Shown: positions 20,396 through 30,824, counted from the stretch's first letter. The stretch: DNA of 64,000 nucleotides from Gammaproteobacteria bacterium (GCA_963662545.2 CAXXLL010000003.1:1184001-1248000), one strand, 5' to 3'. Numbers and translations are program-made. Notes: generated by a model from the sequence alone, not told the origin.

Positions 20396-21370
20396 CTACG
20401 AACCCTCGATGGTAGCCTCGGTACACAGCGCCTTGATATCCGCCGCGGCCTGTTGCGCCTGTTCGACGGTCACCGATTTGAAATTCAGGATCTCCCCCGG
20501 TCGCGCCTGTCCCAACTTCCAGAACGCGCATTGCGGAACCGTATAGGGGTTGATGAATCCCCCCATGCTCGGCCCGTCGTTGACGAGAATGATCGGGGTT
20601 TGTCCGCCGAGGTTGATTGCGCCGAGTGGGTAACCCTGATCGATGATGTTAGACGGCTCTTCGCCGTGTTCGGGCAGCTTGTTGTGGGCCTTGTCGGTAA
20701 ACGTCCAATTGGGCCCGTCGAGACGAAAGCCCGTGCGATCGCTTTTCGAAGAGAGCTTCCAGTCCGCGCTCAGAAATCGTAGATGTCCGGCTTCGTCTAT
20801 CCAATCGTCGTTGGGGCCCCGAACCGCTTCGATCTCCCAGCGCAGGTCGGTCCGGATGACCGGCCGCGCGACTTGCTTGACCCGGCGCCCGGGCTTGCCC
20901 TTGCCTTCGCCGACGGGAACCACCTGCCCGGCTTTAAGCGCATACCCTTCCATACCGCCGACCCCGGCCTTGTGAAAAGTGGCGCGCGCGCCGAGCAAGG
21001 GCTCGGTTGCGATGCCGCCGGCGATCGCAATGTATGCACGTGCGCCGGTCGCGGCGAACGTCATCTCCAGCGTCTGCCCCGCCTTAATTGCGACGCTCTC
21101 CCAGGTCACACAGGGTTCTCCGTCGATCTTCGCCTGCATGTCCGCCCCGGTCAGCGCGATGATCGCGTCGCGCTGGAATTTCAGGGTCGGGCCGATAAAC
21201 TGGCACTCGAGGCCGGCATCTCCCGGCGCATTGCCGACCAGGACGTTGGCCAGACGAAACGACCATGAATCCATGGGCCCCGAGGGCGGGAAACCCTTAT
21301 TCCAATAACCGACGCGTCCCGGCCAATCCTGCACGGATGTCTCCAGACCGGGTTTGATGACCTCTAGCAT
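20396..21370 (-). CDS. Biotin-dependent carboxyltransferase family (PxpC/KipA-like, urea carboxylase CT subunit)
   Basis: PGLETSVQD.PGR, PPSGPMD, ANVLVGN, SDRTGFRL, DGPSMGGF. Confidence 0.9.
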   Translation of the reverse strand: MLEVIKPGLETSVQDWPGRVGYWNKGFPPSGPMDSWSFRLANVLVGNAPGDAGLECQFIGPTLKFQRDAIIALTGADMQAKIDGEPCVTWESVAIKAGQTLEMTFAATGARAYIAIAGGIATEPLLGARATFHKAGVGGMEGYALKAGQVVPVGEGKGKPGRRVKQVARPVIRTDLRWEIEAVRGPNDDWIDEAGHLRFLSADWKLSSKSDRTGFRLDGPNWTFTDKAHNKLPEHGEEPSNIIDQGYPLGAINLGGQTPIILVNDGPSMGGFINPYTVPQCAFWKLGQARPGEILNFKSVTVEQAQQAAADIKALCTEATIEGS

Positions 21371-21384
21371 TTAAGGAACCTCCG

Positions 21385-22257
21385 TCAGAATCGCTTGCTC
21401 AAATCAAGCTTGCCGACCCATTCCTTGTACTTGCGTACCGAGAATCGTTGGTATTCGATGATGTTGTACTTATAGCTGCCCTCCTGGACCTTGCGGTCGA
21501 CTTCCTCGTACTCCTCCATTGAGCACGTCACGAACTTGAGGCGATCGCCGGGGCGTAAGATGCATAATTCGCCGTTGAATTCTTCGAATTTCCGATCGCG
21601 ATCCCAGATCGGGACGGGCGTGCGACCGAACAACTGATAGCCGCCCGGGCTCGCGACCGGATAGATGGCAGTCGACATGCCGCCCATGGCCAAGGTGCCT
21701 TGGGGCGTCCAGGTGCGCGGCGGATTATATTTCGGCACGGTCAGCCGACAGCGCGGATCGAGCGGCATGAGAAACGCGAGCCCGGGCCAAAAACCGAGGC
21801 TCGCCGCCCAGTATTCGGTCCCGGAATGGACCCGCACGAATTGGTTGACGTCTTCGAGGCCGTTGACTCTGGCGATGAACTCCGGATCCTGTTCTTTGTC
21901 CGGATTGATCTTCTCCCGGTAATCATCAATGCATTCCCTGCTCCAGGGATCGAGATAAAGCGTCTGAAAATAGAACAGACGGCTGTCCATCTCGATATCC
22001 TTGCTCGGACCGAGCGAATCGATCAGGCGCGACACCTCTTGTTTCAGATCCGTGTAGCCGATGATCTCGGGCTCGTAGTGAATGAGCGTCGTCGCGAAAC
22101 ACGGAGCGGTCTCGATGACCCCGGGTATCGTGCCGCCGTCGAGCGCTTCCGCCAGGCCCTGCCCCATGAAGTTCAGGTCGAGATTCATTTCATCGCCGAA
22201 TTCGATCAGCATGTAGCGATCGCCGCCCGGACTGAATGTCGGTGTCTCATAAATCAT
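21385..22257 (-). CDS. PxpB/KipI-like carboxyltransferase subunit (allophanate hydrolase subunit 1)
   Basis: GDRYMLIEFG, LGFWPG, PKYNPPRTWTP.G, SPGGYQLFGRT. Confidence 0.9.
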   Translation of the reverse strand: MIYETPTFSPGGDRYMLIEFGDEMNLDLNFMGQGLAEALDGGTIPGVIETAPCFATTLIHYEPEIIGYTDLKQEVSRLIDSLGPSKDIEMDSRLFYFQTLYLDPWSRECIDDYREKINPDKEQDPEFIARVNGLEDVNQFVRVHSGTEYWAASLGFWPGLAFLMPLDPRCRLTVPKYNPPRTWTPQGTLAMGGMSTAIYPVASPGGYQLFGRTPVPIWDRDRKFEEFNGELCILRPGDRLKFVTCSMEEYEEVDRKVQEGSYKYNIIEYQRFSVRKYKEWVGKLDLSKRF

Positions 22258-22288
22258 TGTTGCTAAACCGTGACGAAACTGTTCTAAG

Positions 22289-22480
22289 TCAGCGGAATAT
22301 TGAAAAACGAATTCCTGTCGTCATTCGCTCGATCGACTCGTTTCGTATCCTGTCCGCGAAGGCCATCGTGATTCTACCGGCTTTAAATTTCGGGTGCTCA
22401 AGCACCCGCCGGAGATACCATGTCGTAGAGGCCGACGCTGGTATACTCACAGCCCCACCACGAACGGCATTCGCCAGCAA
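22289..22480 (-). pseudogene. Probable C-terminal remnant of a biotin carboxylase
   Basis: TTWYLRRVLEHPKFKAGRITMAF resembles the biotin carboxylase C-terminus; sits directly upstream of the carboxyltransferase genes. Confidence 0.45.
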
Positions 22481-22500
22481 CCATTCCTAGTTCCGATCCG

Positions 22501-24069
22501 ATGCGAAGATTACTAGAAGACCGCCTCGAACGATTGATGTCGTCCGGGACGGCAAAGCTGCTGCGTGGCGGAAAAAAGGGTCTCGAAAAGGAAAGCCTGC
22601 GGATCACGGACGACGGCGAAATCGCCCAGACGCCGCACCCCTACGCGTGGGGCTCGCCGCTCACCCATCCCTATATCACGACCGATTATTCCGAATCCCT
22701 GCCCGAACTCATTACGCCGCCCTTCTCCGATACCGCGGCGGCGACCGGATTTCTGGAAGACGTTCACCGCTTCATCTATCAGGACCTGCCGGCGGATGAA
22801 ATGCTGTGGGCGTCGAGTATGCCGTGCGCGGTTTCCGACGACGGCTCGATTCCGATCGCCGAATACGGGAGCTCGAACGTCGGGCGGATGAAACACGTCT
22901 ACCGGGTGGGCCTGGATTACCGCTACGGTCGACGAATGCAGGCTATCTCTGGCGTACATTTCAATTATTCGCTGCCCGAGGAGTTCTGGCCGGCGTTTCA
23001 GGATGACGAAGATCTCGCCGGACCCCTGCAGGGATTTATCGACGACAACTATTTCGCGCTGATCAGAAATTTCAAGCGACTAGGATGGATGATCCCGTTC
23101 CTGTTCGGCAATTCGCCCGCTGTGTGTAAATCTTTTCTCGCCGGACGCACGACGCGATTCAAGGCGTTCACCCGCGGGACCTACTACCTCCCCTATGCAA
23201 CGTCGTTGCGAATGAGCGACATCGGCTACAAGAACAAGAACCAAGCCGCGCTGATCGTCTCCTATGACGATCTCGACGGCTATGTCGCCAGCCTCCGCAG
23301 CGCCATCAAGACGCCCTACCCGGAATACGAGGCCATCGGGGTCAGCGACGGCGAGGAACAGATTCAGCTCAGTACCAACCTGCTTCAAATAGAGAACGAA
23401 TATTACAGCTTCGTTCGCCCCAAGCGGACGACCCGCGCCGGGGAGCGGCCGACGTCCGCGTTGGACGAACGGGGCGTCGAATACGTCGAAGTGCGCGCAC
23501 TTGACGTTGCCAGCACGAGTCCCATCGGCGTCGAAATTGAGCAGTTGTACTTCCTCGAAGCATTCCTGATTTTCTGCCTGCTTGAAGGAAGCGTCGCGCT
23601 GTCCGAAGGCGAGTTGCGGGCTATGGAATACAACGAACTCACAGTGGCCCTGCGCGGCCGAACGCCCGGCCTCGAATTGGCCTATAACGGTTCGCGGCGT
23701 AATCTTCGTGACTGGAGCCTCGAAATCTGCGATCGCATGCAGCCCATTTGCGAGTTCCTCGATGCGGATGATGCATCGCGAAAATACGATAAAGCGCGCC
23801 AACGCCAAATTGCCGTTATCAACGAGCCCGATCGGCTACCATCGACCAAGATCCTGAAGGCCTTGAGCGACGCCGCTCAACCTTTTCATCATTACTCGGC
23901 CGCACTCTCCGTCGCCCACCGATCACATTTCGCCGCACTTCCTCCCGACGATAACCTCAAAGCCAGGTTCGAGCGGCTTGCCGTAGAGTCACACGAAGAA
24001 CAGCGTCGACTGGAATCCGAGGATTCGATATCGTTCGAGGAGTTCGTTGCGGCCTATCTCGACGGCTGA
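22501..24069 (+). CDS. gshA: Glutamate--cysteine ligase
   Basis: GLEKESLR, HPYITTDYSE, YGRRMQAISGVHFNYS, ATSLRMSDIGY, LQIENEYY, YVEVRALD. Confidence 0.96.
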   Translation: MRRLLEDRLERLMSSGTAKLLRGGKKGLEKESLRITDDGEIAQTPHPYAWGSPLTHPYITTDYSESLPELITPPFSDTAAATGFLEDVHRFIYQDLPADEMLWASSMPCAVSDDGSIPIAEYGSSNVGRMKHVYRVGLDYRYGRRMQAISGVHFNYSLPEEFWPAFQDDEDLAGPLQGFIDDNYFALIRNFKRLGWMIPFLFGNSPAVCKSFLAGRTTRFKAFTRGTYYLPYATSLRMSDIGYKNKNQAALIVSYDDLDGYVASLRSAIKTPYPEYEAIGVSDGEEQIQLSTNLLQIENEYYSFVRPKRTTRAGERPTSALDERGVEYVEVRALDVASTSPIGVEIEQLYFLEAFLIFCLLEGSVALSEGELRAMEYNELTVALRGRTPGLELAYNGSRRNLRDWSLEICDRMQPICEFLDADDASRKYDKARQRQIAVINEPDRLPSTKILKALSDAAQPFHHYSAALSVAHRSHFAALPPDDNLKARFERLAVESHEEQRRLESEDSISFEEFVAAYLDG

Positions 24070-24159
24070 CTCAACAGTGGAACTTCTTTCCGTGACGCGT
24101 ATCTTAGTGACCATCGAGCACCGTCGTTGCGACGTCACCTGAAGGCGAGGTCAGGAGCC

Positions 24160-24732
24160 ATGAACCGAAGACAGATTCTCAAAGCCACCGGGTTAGGAAT
24201 CGCGCTGCCGCTATTGCCGCTCGCCTTTCTCGATGCCGGTGCGCGGACGACCCCGGAATCCATTGTGGAAATGCAGCGCCGCTGGCGCGACTTTCGACCG
24301 GTGGGCTTCGAGCCGGTCCGAGCGGAACCGAGCCTGGACAGGCCGCTGGAGGAATGGCGGCGGGAGCTGCCGCAAGCGGCTTACCGGGTGTTATTCGAGG
24401 AAGATACCGAACGGTCGTATTCGAGCGCGCTGAATGATGAGAAGCGCCCGGGACTGTTTGTCTGCCAGGCGTGCGATCTACCGCTTTTTACTTCCGAAAT
24501 GAAATACGACAGCCGCACCGGTTGGCCGAGCTTCTTCACGACGATCCCCGGTCATCTGGCCACGAAAACGGATTTCAAACAGATCTGGCCCCGTACGGAG
24601 TATCACTGCGTTAAGTGTGGCGGTCACCAAGGACACATATTCGACGATGGTCCCCCGCCAACGGGAAAACGCTGGTGCAATAATGGGCTCGCGCTCCGCT
24701 TCATCGCAATGGCGATAGAAACCGCGGGTTAA
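24160..24732 (+). CDS. msrB: Peptide-methionine (R)-S-oxide reductase with Tat-type signal
   Basis: NRRQIL twin-arginine; TGWPSF, RTEYHC..C.GHQGHIFDDGP.PTG.RWC.N; AGGAG RBS. Confidence 0.93.
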   Translation: MNRRQILKATGLGIALPLLPLAFLDAGARTTPESIVEMQRRWRDFRPVGFEPVRAEPSLDRPLEEWRRELPQAAYRVLFEEDTERSYSSALNDEKRPGLFVCQACDLPLFTSEMKYDSRTGWPSFFTTIPGHLATKTDFKQIWPRTEYHCVKCGGHQGHIFDDGPPPTGKRWCNNGLALRFIAMAIETAG

Positions 24733-24780
24733 AGTTCGCACGATTAGGTCTCAAAAATAATCGGGAGACCGCCGCTAGGC

Positions 24781-25371
24781 TCAGGCGAGGTGCTCGAGGG
24801 CATACATCACGACCTCCGCGTCGCGCTTCACATACACGCCGCCGCCCGCATTTCGGAATTCCTTCGATAATCGTCGTTGATACCAGGCGCTCGACCGCAG
24901 GTGAACGTCGCCATCGGTACGATGCTGGTTGCAGTTGCCCTCCCAATCTTCGCGAGTGAGTACACCGAAGTAGAGCGCAGCGTCGGTCAAGCTGGCCAGC
25001 TTCTCGAGTGCGCGTATCGCCGTGGGGCGGTTGAGATACTGGAGGACGTCATGGCAGATGACGAGATCGAAGCCCTCTTCGTGCAGGTAGTCTTCGATTG
25101 AGGAACATTGCCATCCGTACCGTTTGCAGACGTACTCGCTGACATCGATACCGTCGATGCGGACGCCCGGAAACGCCCGGCGCAACCCGCGATGCAACAG
25201 GCCCGGTCCACAACCGGCATCCAGAATGCTTTCCACCGGACAGTCCAGAAATGCCAGGTAGGCGCCGATGAACCCCGCCAGACGATCGAAATATGACGGG
25301 TCCGCCACGCGGGTCTCCGCATCGAAATAAAATCGCTCGAAATAGGCCTCGTCGAAAGATTCTGGCTTCAT
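24781..25371 (-). CDS. Class I SAM-dependent methyltransferase
   Basis: ILDAGCGPG, GIDVS, FDLVICHDVLQY. Confidence 0.88.
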   Translation of the reverse strand: MKPESFDEAYFERFYFDAETRVADPSYFDRLAGFIGAYLAFLDCPVESILDAGCGPGLLHRGLRRAFPGVRIDGIDVSEYVCKRYGWQCSSIEDYLHEEGFDLVICHDVLQYLNRPTAIRALEKLASLTDAALYFGVLTREDWEGNCNQHRTDGDVHLRSSAWYQRRLSKEFRNAGGGVYVKRDAEVVMYALEHLA

Positions 25372-25531
25372 TGATCAATAGATCAACCCGCAACGCCGTA
25401 TTGCGAAATTCAAGTTACTGCTGACCGCTCCGATGAAGTCACAATACACGCCTGAAAAGCGAGGGCCTCTAACCGGGCCGTGCCGACCTGAAACCGGTTC
25501 TTATGTCAATTCAAGTCAAAATTCGTAAAAA

Positions 25532-25547
25532 CGTGAACCGATTCGCG
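25532..25547. promoter_or_regulatory. Possible CRP-type site upstream of the FimV-like gene
   Basis: AAAA-CGTGA-ACCGAT-TCGCG. Confidence 0.3.
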
Positions 25548-25610
25548 TTAATGCTCGATAGCAGCGCTACGCTACAACTATACGCTGCATAATCGTGTGG
25601 GGGATAACTG

Positions 25611-27254
25611 ATGAACAACCGTCACCTTATCGCCGGGTTTTTGATAGGGCTGTGCTGTACCGAGGCGCTCGCAGTCCAGCTCGGACAGCTTTCGAGCTAT
25701 TCACGGCTGGGCGAGCCGCTCATCGCACGCATCGACTTATACGGCGCGCAAACCGACAAACTCGCTCTATCCAGTTTCGAATTGCGACCCGAGATCGGCA
25801 CTCGCAACGATAGCGCCGAGCAGCGCGCCCTCAGCACGATATCACCGTCGCTGGCGCAAGACCGGCGCGGGCAGCCTTATCTCAAGCTGACCTCGACCGT
25901 GCCGGTAAACGAACCCATTGTTTCCTTCCGCGTACGCTTGCAAACGGGCACGACGACCAGCGTACGTCACTATACCCTCGCGCTCGACCCCGCCGTTTAC
26001 CGCTCAAAGCCTGTCCCGCCGATCGCTGAAGAGCGGGGCGTCGCGCCGATGACGAATGCGTCCGCTAGCCAATACGGCCCCGTGCGATCCGGTCAGTCCT
26101 TGTGGCGCATCATGCGCGAAACCGGATTGGCTAGAAGCGATACGGGTGCGACCATCGAGCGCATCGTCGCGGATAACCCTCATGCATTCGTCGCCGGTGA
26201 CGCGAATCGCATGCGGGTCGGCGTAATGCTCGTCTTGCCGCAACACGATTCTGCGGCCACCACGCGCCCTGCAACCATGTCGGTCGACGCCATTGCCGAG
26301 GAAATTGCGCCGGCTTCGGCCACCGCGATCCGGTCGCCGGCCGCCTTGAGTATGCCTTCGGCACAGTCGGCAGATCGCGGCGCAGGCATCGCAGCGGCGT
26401 CCCGTGCTACGGCCCCCGACATCAGCAGGGCAGCACGCCTGGCAGCGCTGGAGGTGAAATTCGCGGCGATTCGTAAACGCTACGCCTCGCAGCAGCCCAC
26501 CGCCTCACCGTCAACCGAATCCGCGGTGGCTGCAGTCGTTCTCGCCATGCCGGCCTCGGCGGCGACTGACGACGATATCGCCGTCGTTAAACCGCAAGAA
26601 ACCAGTGCGGAGACACCCGCCGCCATGGCACCGCGCACCACTGAGCAGGCTGCGGCCGATCTCGGTGGGTCGTTCCTGGACGATGGCTCGTTCGGCAAGC
26701 TCGCTTTGACCGTACTCGGTCTTGTACTCTTGGTTAGCTTGATCGCGAAAGCGTCGCTCGCCGGCATGGCCTACCTGCGTCGGCGAGGCTTGCAGCAGAC
26801 CGAACTAACTGCGGATGAAGATCTCAAGGCCGAGATCGGACTCAAGGCTGAGAAGCGCTTGCAACTCGAGGACGAAGTGAAACGCCGGATCGCAGAAAAG
26901 CGTGAGCCGGAACCCGCTGAAAGCGGCGATGCGAAAGCGCGTGCGGGCGAAGTCGTGTCCATCGAAGAGATCGAATCGAGGATCGCACACGGATATTATT
27001 CGGAAGCGGAACGGCTTTTGTTAGACGTGATCGGACGTACGCCCGGCAACCATCGCGCGAAACTCCTCCTCGTCGAGGTCTACTATCTCAACGAGCGCGT
27101 CGAGGATTTCGTCAGAATCACCGAGGAGATTCAACTATTACATCGCTCCGACATCGGCGATGACCACTGGCAACGCATCATGCGCATGGGCAAGGTTCTC
27201 GCGCCGGAGCGTGCCCTGTTCAGCGGTCCGACGGCGATTGATAGAGAGGCCTGA
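25611..27254 (+). CDS. FimV/HubP-like polar landmark protein (short)
   Basis: LGQL...SRLGEPL.ARI N-domain; LysM-like YGPVRSGQSLWRI...NPHAF..GD.N; TM helix; C-terminal TPR-like segment. Confidence 0.8.
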   Translation: MNNRHLIAGFLIGLCCTEALAVQLGQLSSYSRLGEPLIARIDLYGAQTDKLALSSFELRPEIGTRNDSAEQRALSTISPSLAQDRRGQPYLKLTSTVPVNEPIVSFRVRLQTGTTTSVRHYTLALDPAVYRSKPVPPIAEERGVAPMTNASASQYGPVRSGQSLWRIMRETGLARSDTGATIERIVADNPHAFVAGDANRMRVGVMLVLPQHDSAATTRPATMSVDAIAEEIAPASATAIRSPAALSMPSAQSADRGAGIAAASRATAPDISRAARLAALEVKFAAIRKRYASQQPTASPSTESAVAAVVLAMPASAATDDDIAVVKPQETSAETPAAMAPRTTEQAAADLGGSFLDDGSFGKLALTVLGLVLLVSLIAKASLAGMAYLRRRGLQQTELTADEDLKAEIGLKAEKRLQLEDEVKRRIAEKREPEPAESGDAKARAGEVVSIEEIESRIAHGYYSEAERLLLDVIGRTPGNHRAKLLLVEVYYLNERVEDFVRITEEIQLLHRSDIGDDHWQRIMRMGKVLAPERALFSGPTAIDREA

Positions 27255-27354
27255 TCCCGCTAACGTGCGGTTTTAAGGCAGCCGCACGGTGGCGCCGATT
27301 AATTTTTCGGAATCTTCGAACAAGGTCAGGAGCATATGCGTGATGCGCGCTCTA

Positions 27355-27517
27355 GGAGCCTGTATGGCATAGGGAATCGTAGCGAGGCGAGGGGGAAATC
27401 GAGGCCAGCTTTTCGATCATTTGAGGCGAATAGGGGTGACTATTTAACGTCAATGATCGGAAAGCTGGACCGATTTCCCGCCGCCGTAGTAGATTCATCC
27501 TATGCCATACAGGCTCC
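27355..27517. mobile_element. MITE family 2, fully palindromic (163 bp, TA flanks)
   Basis: Perfect 19-bp TIR GGAGCCTGTATGGCATAGG; inner arms GGGAAATCG/CGATTTCCC and CCAGCTTTTCGATCAT/ATGATCGGAAAGCTGG. Confidence 0.85.
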
Positions 27518-28131
27518 TATTTGTCTTTCTCGCGCTTTTTGCGACGATTCCAGGATGCGCGCGGCCCCTGCCGCCCCAGGACGTCGCGGATCGTTTCTGG
27601 CGAGCTGTCATTACCCAGCATCCGGCGAAGATCCGACGGTACGTGCGAGCCCAGGATCAAGAAACTCTCGCCGACGATCCCGCGATCATGCCCGTCGAGT
27701 CTTTCGAATTGGAACGCGTCGTCATCGACGGTGACGCGACTTCGATAGAAACCCGCATTACGCTCGGCGCCGACAAACCCGTAGCGCTCAGGATCAATAC
27801 CCTGCTGGTGCGCGAGAACGGACGGTGGCGCGTGGATTATTCCGCAACGATCCGGGACATATCACTGCAGAGCAATCTCGCCCAGGTCATCGATCAGATC
27901 GAAGCCTTCGGCGGCGCGCTCAAAGACGGCATTGATAAATCGGTGGAAGAAATGAAGAAAGTGCTGCCCGATATCGAGCGGGAGCTCTTACGCATCGAAG
28001 AAGCAATAAAACAACGCGTTCCAGAGTTACGCGAGCGCCTCGAGGAATTCACCAGGCAATTGGAAGATTCGCTCAAAGCACCACCTGAGGTACCGCCGGA
28101 AGCCGGGCAACCCGACACCGTTGAGATCTAA
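27502..28131 (+). CDS. Hypothetical lipoprotein (NTF2-like region + helical tail)
   Basis: Hydrophobic signal ending IPGC; P.DVA..FW.A and LVRENGRWRVD motifs. Confidence 0.8.
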   Translation: MPYRLLFVFLALFATIPGCARPLPPQDVADRFWRAVITQHPAKIRRYVRAQDQETLADDPAIMPVESFELERVVIDGDATSIETRITLGADKPVALRINTLLVRENGRWRVDYSATIRDISLQSNLAQVIDQIEAFGGALKDGIDKSVEEMKKVLPDIERELLRIEEAIKQRVPELRERLEEFTRQLEDSLKAPPEVPPEAGQPDTVEI

Positions 28132-28175
28132 CTCGTCTATTGCACGAAGGCGGGCTGAGGAATTCCGGAGACGCT

Positions 28176-30824
28176 TCAACCGTCCGGCGTAAGGGTCACG
28201 AGATCGGCACGTGCTTCCGGGTGTCCCTGGTCCGCGGCCATGCGATACCAGCGGACGGCTTCATCGATGTCGCGCTGGACGCCCTTGCCGGCGCGGTACA
28301 TGTAACCGAGGCTGTACTGCGCCGAGGAGTGTCCGTTCCTGGCCGCTTCCAGAAACCACTTCAAGGCTTCGGTGTCGTCCTGTGGTAAGCCCTTGCCGGC
28401 GCGATACATGTAAGCGATGTTGTACTGCGCGGCGGGATAACCCTGCGCGGCCGCGGCGAGATACCATTTTGCCGCATCGGTGTCGCTTTGTTCCAAGCCC
28501 TCGCCCAAGGCGTACGAAACGCCGAGACTGTACTGGGAGATCGTGCTGCCCTGCTCCGCAGCCCGCCGATACCAGACCGCAGCCTCGCCATCATCCTGCG
28601 CTACACCTTCGCCGAACGCATAAGAAACCGCGAGATTGTATTGTGCGTCCCGATTACCCTGGACGGCGGAACGGCGGTACCAGCTCACCGCCTTCGTCTT
28701 GTCCCGCTTCACGCCTTCGCCCTGGTAAGTCATATAGCCGATGTGCGCCTGCGCTTCGGCGTCACCGTCTTCGGCAAGCGCGTGGAACATTTCGGCTGCG
28801 TGCTTGAAGTCACCTTGCGTCAGGGCCTGCTTGGCCGAGTCTATGGTCGGCATTTCGAAGATCGGGTCGGGCTCGGCCTGGTCGGCGATCACGAGCTTCA
28901 AATCCTCGTCGTCTTGCGCCGCTTCCTTGGGGGAGGCAGGAATATTCGACGCAGCCCCCGGCGCGCGACTCGTGATCGGCCCTGAATCGGCGGCAACCAG
29001 CGCATCTTTGAGACGGCCGAGGAAACCCCGTTGTTCCTTCGTCACGGTACTGCCGTCAACGCTTGCGGCCGCACCGGACGCGGCACCCATCACGCCGCCA
29101 ATCGTCGCCGCGGCCGCTATCGGTAGGTCGGCGGGCGGTTCGACCTCATCGTCAAGCTCGTCCATCCGCGCGGGAACGAAGGGCTCGGCGATGGGGTCGC
29201 GCTCGACCGTTTTGACCTCGGACGCCGCCGCGATTTCATTCACGAGCGGCGGGAGTTCCTCGACATCTGGTGCCGCCGCCAAGACGATATCCGCGTTTTC
29301 ATCGAGGATACTATCCGTCCCGGCTTCGATCGGCGCCGGCTCGTCGGCGGGTGTAGCGGCAATCAGGGGTAGGCGCTGCTGTGCCAGTTCCCCTCCAGCG
29401 ACGACTTCATGATCCTCGGGTTTAGGCGGATTGATCTCGTCGATACTCGCACTTGGAACGGCTTCGTCTTCGTGAACGATCACCGCATACTCGTAGGGCG
29501 CTGTTGGCGGTACTGGCGTGTCGGGCGCAGCTTCGGCGACCGGTGCCGCCGGCGCCGGTTCGAAAACTTCCTCGATGACCGCGGCGGATTCGGCCGCCGC
29601 CGTGCGAACCGGTTCGACCGAGGGCGCGACCGGCATGCTGGGACGTTGCAGATCGGGCATCGGCAAGCCCGCATCCGCATAGAGTCCCGCAAGCCGTTCA
29701 CGCGCGGTTTGATGGCCGGCGCGTGCAGCATTGCGAAAGAGCGTGATCGCCATCGCGTCATCGGGCTCGACGCCGGCGCCGATCAGATAGCGATTGCCGA
29801 GATCGAACTGGGCGGCGGATTGTCCGTTTTCCGCCGCACGGTGCAGCCAGCGCATAGCGGCGGCAGTGTCCTGTTCGACACCGTGCCCGGCCAGGTACAA
29901 GCGCGACAATTCGTATTCAGCCGGACCATAGCTCTGTTCCGCGAGTGCGCTGATGCCCTCGAGACCGCTATCGAAATCCTCGCGCGCAATCGCGCTCATG
30001 GCATCCTCCAGAGCCTGCCCATCGGGGTCGACCGCACGCCCTGCTCGAACCACGGCATCATCAGGGTCGATACTGACTTCAACCCCGTGTGCCTGCGCCA
30101 GTCGGAGGGCCTCGATCTCATCGGCGGAAACCTCCGCTGCGGGTGATGCCGCGGATTCGACGCCCGGAGACGACGCGACGACCGGGTCGGCCGGCGCCGT
30201 CGGGATGTCCTCAGCCGGCGCAGTTAACCGAGCGTTCTCTGCCACTTCAACCGAGCTTTGCTGGCCGGCCTCGCCGATGCGCGTCGTCGGCGCAAGCGGC
30301 ACTTCGACCACCGGGGGGGCCGCGGTCACTTCCGGCTCCGCCTCCTGACGCGCGAGGTCCTCGGGTGCCGGTGTCGCTGTTGCGGCGGCGGGGAAGGTCG
30401 GTGGTTCCAGTCCCGCGGCGCGGTAGAGTTGTGACATGTTACGAGCCGCGAGTTCGTGCCCCTGGCTCGCCGCCTGCCGATAGTAGGTCAGCGCCCAGGC
30501 TTCATCCGCTTTGACACCTTCCCCCAGTAGGTAAATATTGCCGAGGTTGAATTGCGCCTCCGGATGGCCGAGTTCCGCGGCACGCTTGTATAACTCAATA
30601 GCGCGCTCGATGTCTTTCGGAACGCCCTTACCGATCTGGTACAGCGAGGCCAGGAGCGCGAGCGAACCCGCATCATCTTTTTCGGCCAGCGTTTCGAGCG
30701 TTGCGACCGCGGCCACGTAATTGCCCTGCTCGATCGCATCGCGTGCCGCAGCAAACTCGTCCGCGCTCGCTGACGCCGCGGTCAAGGTCGAAAACGCGGC
30801 GAAAATCCAGACCGAAAGCCGCAT
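28176..30824 (-). CDS. Large exported protein with three Sel1-repeat clusters and acidic Ala/Pro linkers
   Basis: Signal peptide ending ASA-D; many AQYNLx..Y..GEGV..D...A..WY..AA..G repeats. Confidence 0.9.
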   Translation of the reverse strand: MRLSVWIFAAFSTLTAASASADEFAAARDAIEQGNYVAAVATLETLAEKDDAGSLALLASLYQIGKGVPKDIERAIELYKRAAELGHPEAQFNLGNIYLLGEGVKADEAWALTYYRQAASQGHELAARNMSQLYRAAGLEPPTFPAAATATPAPEDLARQEAEPEVTAAPPVVEVPLAPTTRIGEAGQQSSVEVAENARLTAPAEDIPTAPADPVVASSPGVESAASPAAEVSADEIEALRLAQAHGVEVSIDPDDAVVRAGRAVDPDGQALEDAMSAIAREDFDSGLEGISALAEQSYGPAEYELSRLYLAGHGVEQDTAAAMRWLHRAAENGQSAAQFDLGNRYLIGAGVEPDDAMAITLFRNAARAGHQTARERLAGLYADAGLPMPDLQRPSMPVAPSVEPVRTAAAESAAVIEEVFEPAPAAPVAEAAPDTPVPPTAPYEYAVIVHEDEAVPSASIDEINPPKPEDHEVVAGGELAQQRLPLIAATPADEPAPIEAGTDSILDENADIVLAAAPDVEELPPLVNEIAAASEVKTVERDPIAEPFVPARMDELDDEVEPPADLPIAAAATIGGVMGAASGAAASVDGSTVTKEQRGFLGRLKDALVAADSGPITSRAPGAASNIPASPKEAAQDDEDLKLVIADQAEPDPIFEMPTIDSAKQALTQGDFKHAAEMFHALAEDGDAEAQAHIGYMTYQGEGVKRDKTKAVSWYRRSAVQGNRDAQYNLAVSYAFGEGVAQDDGEAAVWYRRAAEQGSTISQYSLGVSYALGEGLEQSDTDAAKWYLAAAAQGYPAAQYNIAYMYRAGKGLPQDDTEALKWFLEAARNGHSSAQYSLGYMYRAGKGVQRDIDEAVRWYRMAADQGHPEARADLVTLTPDG

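Noticed and set aside
21371-21382. TTAAGGAACCTC matching a family-1 end
   Set aside because: Only 12 bp, and explained by the GGAGG RBS of the downstream minus-strand gene.
27336-27734. 132-aa ORF reading through the family-2 MITE
   Set aside because: Out of frame with the lipoprotein and Arg-rich shadow-like composition.
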